From contig OX597843.1 in assembly GCA_951406725.2 (NCBI GenBank), positions 7,812,001-7,876,000 on the forward strand: 64,000 bases of DNA, given 5' to 3'. This document shows, piece by piece, positions 57,887 to 64,000 of the stretch (positions within the stretch are counted from its first letter, which is position 1; each line of letters opens with the position of its first letter). This DNA comes from Octopus vulgaris. Lineage: Eukaryota. Position numbers and translations under genes: made by a program. The notes under the pieces are model-generated. The model was not told the origin of the DNA, made no database searches, and saw nothing but the letters and a program-made list of their open reading frames with translations.

Positions 57887-57932
<46 letters not shown>

Positions 57933-58232
57933 ATAAGAAGAGGAAAATGCCCAAAGTTTGGTCTAAGTTTGGTTCTATGGTGTACAAAAGGGGTGAAGAG
58001 TGAAATGAATGGAAGTGGAATGGGACCTGTTTTGCAACAACTGTGATAAAGACATCGCTACGACGACAACCACAACAGCAAGAAGAACATCCCCCAACAC
58101 GACCACCACCTGAGACAACACCAACGACACCGAAACCAGCATCCCTGCCAACAACAACATCCACTGCACCATCGAGGGCTACAAGAACAGTTGCGACCAC
58201 TACTGCTGCTGCTGCTGCTACTACTACTACTA

Positions 58233-58304
<72 letters not shown>

Positions 58305-58389
58305 TTGCTACTACTACTACAACTTTTTAAAGTAGTTGTAGTGGTATTACTATTATTATTAGTAGTAGTTATTAGTACTAGTAGAAGTA

Positions 58390-58474
58390 ATGATGATGGT
58401 CATGATGATGATGATGATGATGATGGTCATGGTGATGATGATGATGATGATGATGATTTTGGTGATGATGATGG

Positions 58475-58507
<33 letters not shown>

Positions 58508-58567
58508 CGATGACGACGACGACGATGATGATGATGATGATGATGATGATTTTGGTGATGATGATGG

Positions 58568-58600
<33 letters not shown>

Positions 58601-58616
58601 CGATGACGACGACGAC

Positions 58617-58648
<32 letters not shown>

Positions 58649-58658
58649 CGATGACGAC

Positions 58659-58703
<45 letters not shown>

Positions 58704-58822
58704 GATGATGACGACGACGACGATGATGATGATGATGATGGTAATGATGGTGGTGATGATGATGATGATGATGATGATGACGACGACGACGATGATGATG
58801 ATGATGATGGTAATGATGATGG

Positions 58823-58874
<52 letters not shown>

Positions 58875-58903
58875 GATGATGGTAATGATGGTGGTGATGA
58901 TGG

Positions 58904-58936
<33 letters not shown>

Positions 58937-58952
58937 CGATGACGACGACGAC

Positions 58953-58995
<43 letters not shown>

Positions 58996-59008
58996 GTAAT
59001 GATGGTGG

Positions 59009-59057
<49 letters not shown>

Positions 59058-59086
59058 GATGATGGTAATGATGGTGGTGATGATGG

Positions 59087-59119
<33 letters not shown>

Positions 59120-59151
59120 CGATGACGACGACGACGACCATGATGGTGATG

Positions 59152-59183
<32 letters not shown>

Positions 59184-59330
59184 GATGATGACGATGACGA
59201 CGACGACGACGACGACGACGACGATGATGATGATGATGATGATGATGGTGACGATGATAATGATGATGATGGTGATGATGATAATGACGATGATGATGAC
59301 GACTATCATGGTGATGACGATAACGGTGAT
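58390..59330. repeat. (GAT)n/(GAC)n compound microsatellite; a similar tract lies at 52153-52730
   Basis: Direct reading. Confidence 0.98.
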
Positions 59331-59617
59331 GAATTGCTTAATATCTCAGAAAAAATAATCTAAGAATGGGAATAAAGCACCGCACATTATTCATACATAC
59401 ATACACATATACACATACATACACATATACACATATATACACGTACATATTTACATATACATATACATATATATACATATATATATTCAGATATATGTAC
59501 ATATATAATGTGTATGTTTGTGTATATATATGCACGTGTGTATATATACGTGCGTATATATAGATTCATAATATTAGTATGTGTATTTATATGTGCGTGT
59601 GCTGTGTGTATTGTGTT

Positions 59618-59670
<53 letters not shown>

Positions 59671-59740
59671 ATGTATGTATGTATGTATGTATACATATAT
59701 AGATACATACACGTATATAGAGACAAAGTATATATACATG

Positions 59741-59773
<33 letters not shown>

Positions 59774-59867
59774 ATGTTTGCACGCGCCTGTGTGAGTATA
59801 TGCGTAAATATTTATGTATAACGAAAACGTAAAAAAAAAAATGCTCCCGAAACACACACACACACAC

Positions 59868-59931
<64 letters not shown>

Positions 59932-60315
59932 ACACACACACAAAAACCATCCGTAAAAAAAAAGGAGACCTGAATAACGATTGTAATAAGAATTAAAAGA
60001 AGAAATTCGCAAGATGAAAATGTCCGCAGAAGGCAAAACGTAAAATGTGTATGGGAGGAGCTAAAGGTCACAAACTATGCATTGCAGAATTTTATCACTC
60101 GTATAAAGACGAACTCCTTATAGGCAGCGGTGTGTAACTTTTGGAAGGACTTTCATGAAAAACATGTCGACAACGACTTTTATAAGACACAAGAATGAAA
60201 GAGAACCAAAAAAAAGAATAAAATAAAATAAAAAAAATAAAAAAGAACGCAGGAGAATAAAGAAAGAAGAACGCGAATGAAAGGATGAAATATAAATGCA
60301 AAAAAGAAAAAAAAA

Positions 60316-60378
<63 letters not shown>

Positions 60379-60390
60379 GCATATATATGC

Positions 60391-60428
<38 letters not shown>

Positions 60429-60558
60429 GTATATATATATATGTATGTATATACATACATACATACATATATATATAAACATATACATATATATACATAT
60501 ATATATGTACATATGTATATATATATATATATATATATAAATATATACACATATATAT

Positions 60559-60610
<52 letters not shown>

Positions 60611-60727
60611 GCGTGTGTGTGTGTGTATGTATGTATGGATGGTTGTAGATATGAAAGATCACATCTGTTGTACAATCTCCATGGTTAATCATAGGCAGTT
60701 TATAGGCAGTTATTTGCAAAGTGGGCA

Positions 60728-60768
<41 letters not shown>

Positions 60769-60901
60769 TGGGTAGAGGGACGGAAAAAGCGTAGGGATAA
60801 AGAGGGAGGGGATGTTCTTCGCCCCTTCCTTCCCCCTCTTCCGTAATCAAATATACACATTGGATATATACACACATATCTACATATAACTGCATACTTA
60901 C

Positions 60902-60945
<44 letters not shown>

Positions 60946-60990
60946 ATATATATATATATATATATAAAAATATATATATATATATATATA

Positions 60991-61033
<43 letters not shown>

Positions 61034-61255
61034 GGGGTAGGAATGGCTGTGTGGTAAGTAGCTTGCTTACCAACCACATGGTTCTGGGTTCAGTCCCACT
61101 GTGTGGCACCTTGGGCAAGTGTCTTCTACTATAGCCTCTGGCCGACCAAGGTCTTGTGAGTAGATTTCGTAGACAGAAACTGAAAGAAGCCCGTCGTATA
61201 TATGTATATATGTATGTGTGTGTATATGTTTGTGTCTGTGTCTGTCCCCCCAACA

Positions 61256-61673
61256 AACGTCCTACCTCCCTTCCGCTGTTTACAGTAGTGCTTGGAAGGT
61301 AGGTGTGTAGTGTGTGATCGTTACATTGAACTTGAGAGAAAAAGTTGTCATGGCGATACCTGCTCAGAGGCCCACACAAAGTGACAGAAAGTGTATGGAG
61401 AGGAGTGTATGCGCCTCGCACAAGTGAACGAGTGGTCCATACGTTTCCAAAATGGCCGAAAAAACGTTCTGGGAGACCCGCAACCAGTAGCACTGAGAAA
61501 AACATCGCAGATGTGCTTTGGCTGTGTGGTAAATAACTTGCTTACGAGTCACATGGTTCCGGGTTCAGTCCCACTGCGTGGCACCTAGGGCAAGTGTCTT
61601 CTACTATAGCCTCGGGCCGACCAAAGCCTTGTGAGTGGATTTGGTAGACGGAAACTGAAAGAAGCCTGTCGTA

Positions 61674-61733
<60 letters not shown>

Positions 61734-62201
61734 TGCAGGAGTGGCTGTGTGGTAAGTAGCTTGCTTACCAACCGTATGGTTCCGGGTTAGTCCCACTGCG
61801 TTGGACCTTAGGCAAGTGTCTTCTACTTTATCACTGAAGATTTGTGTACGAGACGCCGGTCTGCTAAGTTTGTACCAAAACTGCTTTCAGCTGACCAAAA
61901 AGACACACCGGTTTCAGTTGCACAAGATATCCTTGATTGTATCGAGAACGATGAAAACTTTTTAAAAATTTTGCGTATGCCTCTGAGAAAGTAACGATGC
62001 AGACTCTCTGCTGAAGTTTCTCTGTCATGGTCAATGCGACGATCGCACGCTACACACCTTCCTTCCAAGCATTACTGCAAACATTGAAAATGAGCTAGAA
62101 CTTAAAACTTAGCGCGCATGCACGCAGAGTTCAAGCTCAATCTGGGCCAAGAGGCTTTACTCTGTCATTTAGCTTGGTTACTATAGCAACAGTCCGGATA
62201 C
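61256..62201 (+). mobile_element. Degenerate mariner transposon interrupted by SINE-A heads
   Basis: HTH pieces VYGEECM...NEW..RFQNGR and SGRPATSSTEKNI; after the SINEs ITEDL...SAKFVPKLLSADQK...ENDENFLK (61830-61967). Partial TIR at 62177-62201 is the reverse complement of 2241-2265 (24/25). Confidence 0.85.
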
Positions 62202-62323
62202 ATACATACATACATACATACATACATACATACTTACATATATATATATATATATACTTACACACACGCACACATATATATAATTTAGAAATGCGTGTGT
62301 GTATAAAATAAAAATATATATAC

Positions 62324-62361
<38 letters not shown>

Positions 62362-62438
62362 GATAAAAGTATATATATAAATAAAAGTGTATATATAGGT
62401 ATACGCATATATATATATGTACATATATATACATGTAT

Positions 62439-62494
<56 letters not shown>

Positions 62495-62572
62495 GATAAA
62501 AGTATATATATAAATAAAAGTGTATATATATGTATACGCATATATATATATATATGTACATATATATACATG

Positions 62573-62615
<43 letters not shown>

Positions 62616-63032
62616 CAGTGTGTTTGTGTGTGTGCGTGTGTACCCCAACGTGTAACAGTCGGTGTCGGTGTGTTTATGTCCCCACACCTTAGCGGTTCGA
62701 CAACGGAGAAGGTCAGACCAAGTAACAGGCTTTTAAAAAATCAAATACTAGAATTGATTCGTTCGGCAAAAATTCCTCAAGGCGGTGCTCCAGCTTGGCC
62801 GCAGTCTAATGACTAAGACAAAAAATGGCTAAAACATAACATGTGTGTCACAGATTGTGAGACACTATTCTACAGATGAACCTTCAACCTGGGTTTTATA
62901 AATTCGGAGCAAATTCATTGGGCAATGAAATATAACCTCTACCCGATTTGAGGATTGAACGCATGAAGTTCCGATCCGGAGTCCAACTGATTTAAGCAAA
63001 AGGCCGCGTATTTAAAAAAAAAAAACAACCTA

Positions 63033-63430
63033 GGCGCAGGAGTGGCTGTGTGGTAAGTAGCTTGCTAACCAACCACATGGTTCCGGGTTCAGTCCCACTG
63101 CGTGGCATCTTGGGCAAGTGTCTTCTGCTATAGCCGCAGGCTGACCAATGCCTTTTGAGTGGATTTGGTAGACGGAAACTGAAAGAAGCCTGTCGTATAT
63201 ATGTGTATATATATATATATATATACGTGTGTGTATTTGTCCCCCCAGCATTGCTTGACAACCGATGCTGGTGTGTTTACGTCCCCATCACTTGGCGGTT
63301 CGGCAAAAGAGACCGATAGAATAAGTACTGGGCTTACAAAGAATAAGTCCCGGGGTCGATTTGATCGACTAAAGGTGGTGCTCCAGCATGGCCGCAGTCA
63401 AATGACTGAAACAAGTAAAAGAGTAAAAGA
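63033..63430 (+). mobile_element. SINE family A, full length
   Basis: Colinear with family A. Confidence 0.9.
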
Positions 63431-63453
63431 TATATATATATATATATATATAT

Positions 63454-63670
63454 GTCTTTAAAATAAAGCTGGATCTCTTCTTGTCAGGTGTCCCAGACGA
63501 ACCAACTTCACAGCAGGAGGTGCAGATGAGGGCAGCTGCATCGAACTCTCTCATGCACCAAATGGCAATTGCTAAAAAGCATTCGTGAAGTAAAATCATG
63601 TAGCAACACCAAATGGCGGTGCCCCAGCATGGCCACAGCTCGTGAGCTGAAACTAGATAAATAAATAAAA
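63454..63670 (+). mobile_element. 3' end of a CR1/L2-group LINE sharing its tail with SINE-A
   Basis: VFKIKLDLFLSGVPDEP...RAAASNSLMHQ...* (stop 63586-88), then GGCGGTGCCCCAGCATGGCCACAGCTCGTGAGCTGAAAC. Confidence 0.78.
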
Positions 63671-64000
63671 AACAACAACCTACTAGAGTCAAAATAAAAA
63701 GGTGAGTTGAGACAATGGAATTTATATAATCCCAGATGTGCAAGAAATTGGAATAAAAATGACTGGATTGATGGTCATGTGGACGCACGATTTGATCGAA
63801 AGATTTGTCTATGGTCATCAAATTGTTTGAGCCACACATTCACTCATTATCTCCATAAGATCGAGGTTGGCTGAGGAGGCTTACAGTGTGCCACACACAT
63901 ATACACACAGAAAGACACACATACACATATATATGTACATACATATATATATACATATATATATACATACATATATTCACATACATATGAATATATATAC

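Noticed and set aside
58191-59363. 390-aa Leu-rich then poly-Asp ORF resembling a secreted acidic biomineralisation protein
   Set aside because: Pure (CTA/CTG)n then (GAT)n repeat, open in several frames, non-ATG start, no unique domain or splice support.
62988-63006. Minus-strand CGGCCTTTTGCTTAAATCA resembling the U2 5' end
   Set aside because: Only 10 exact nt; the context continues as a decayed tRNA-like SINE head with a B-box-like GTTCAATCC.
63700-63870. Possible second mariner HTH remnant on the minus strand
   Set aside because: Too degenerate (only YGDN and W..QF-like traces) to support by eye.

Overview
Eukaryotic, microsatellite-saturated animal DNA. The tRNA-SINE families and the density of (TA)n/(ATT)n repeats suggest a coleoid cephalopod such as Octopus; this is an inference. 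The only clear host gene is the 3' part of an ERG/FLI-subfamily ETS transcription factor on the + strand: three small phase-1 exons (11763-11816, 13940-14017, 27674-27721) and a terminal ETS-domain exon (35790-36328). Nearly all other listed ORFs are translations of simple repeats. The rest of the window is microsatellites, at least four tRNA-derived SINE families, fragments of CR1/L2-, RTE- and REL-type LINEs, mariner and pogo/Tigger relics, and a non-autonomous Helitron. Most notable observations: (1) a set of minimal type I hammerhead ribozyme motifs, mostly in short Penelope-like inserts in (TA)n, with canonical, G3-C8, U3-A8, A6U and extra-nucleotide cores; (2) one SINE copy with 10 clustered A-to-G changes, resembling a retrotransposed ADAR-hyperedited RNA; (3) a U2 snRNA 5' domain closed by a 25-bp inverted repeat in the loop of an inverted SINE pair; (4) an RTE insertion with twin-priming-type inversion; (5) a SINE-mariner chimeric junction present twice; (6) a LINE 3' end sharing its tail and a compensatorily changed hairpin with the main SINE. 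All calls are from manual reading; no searches were run.
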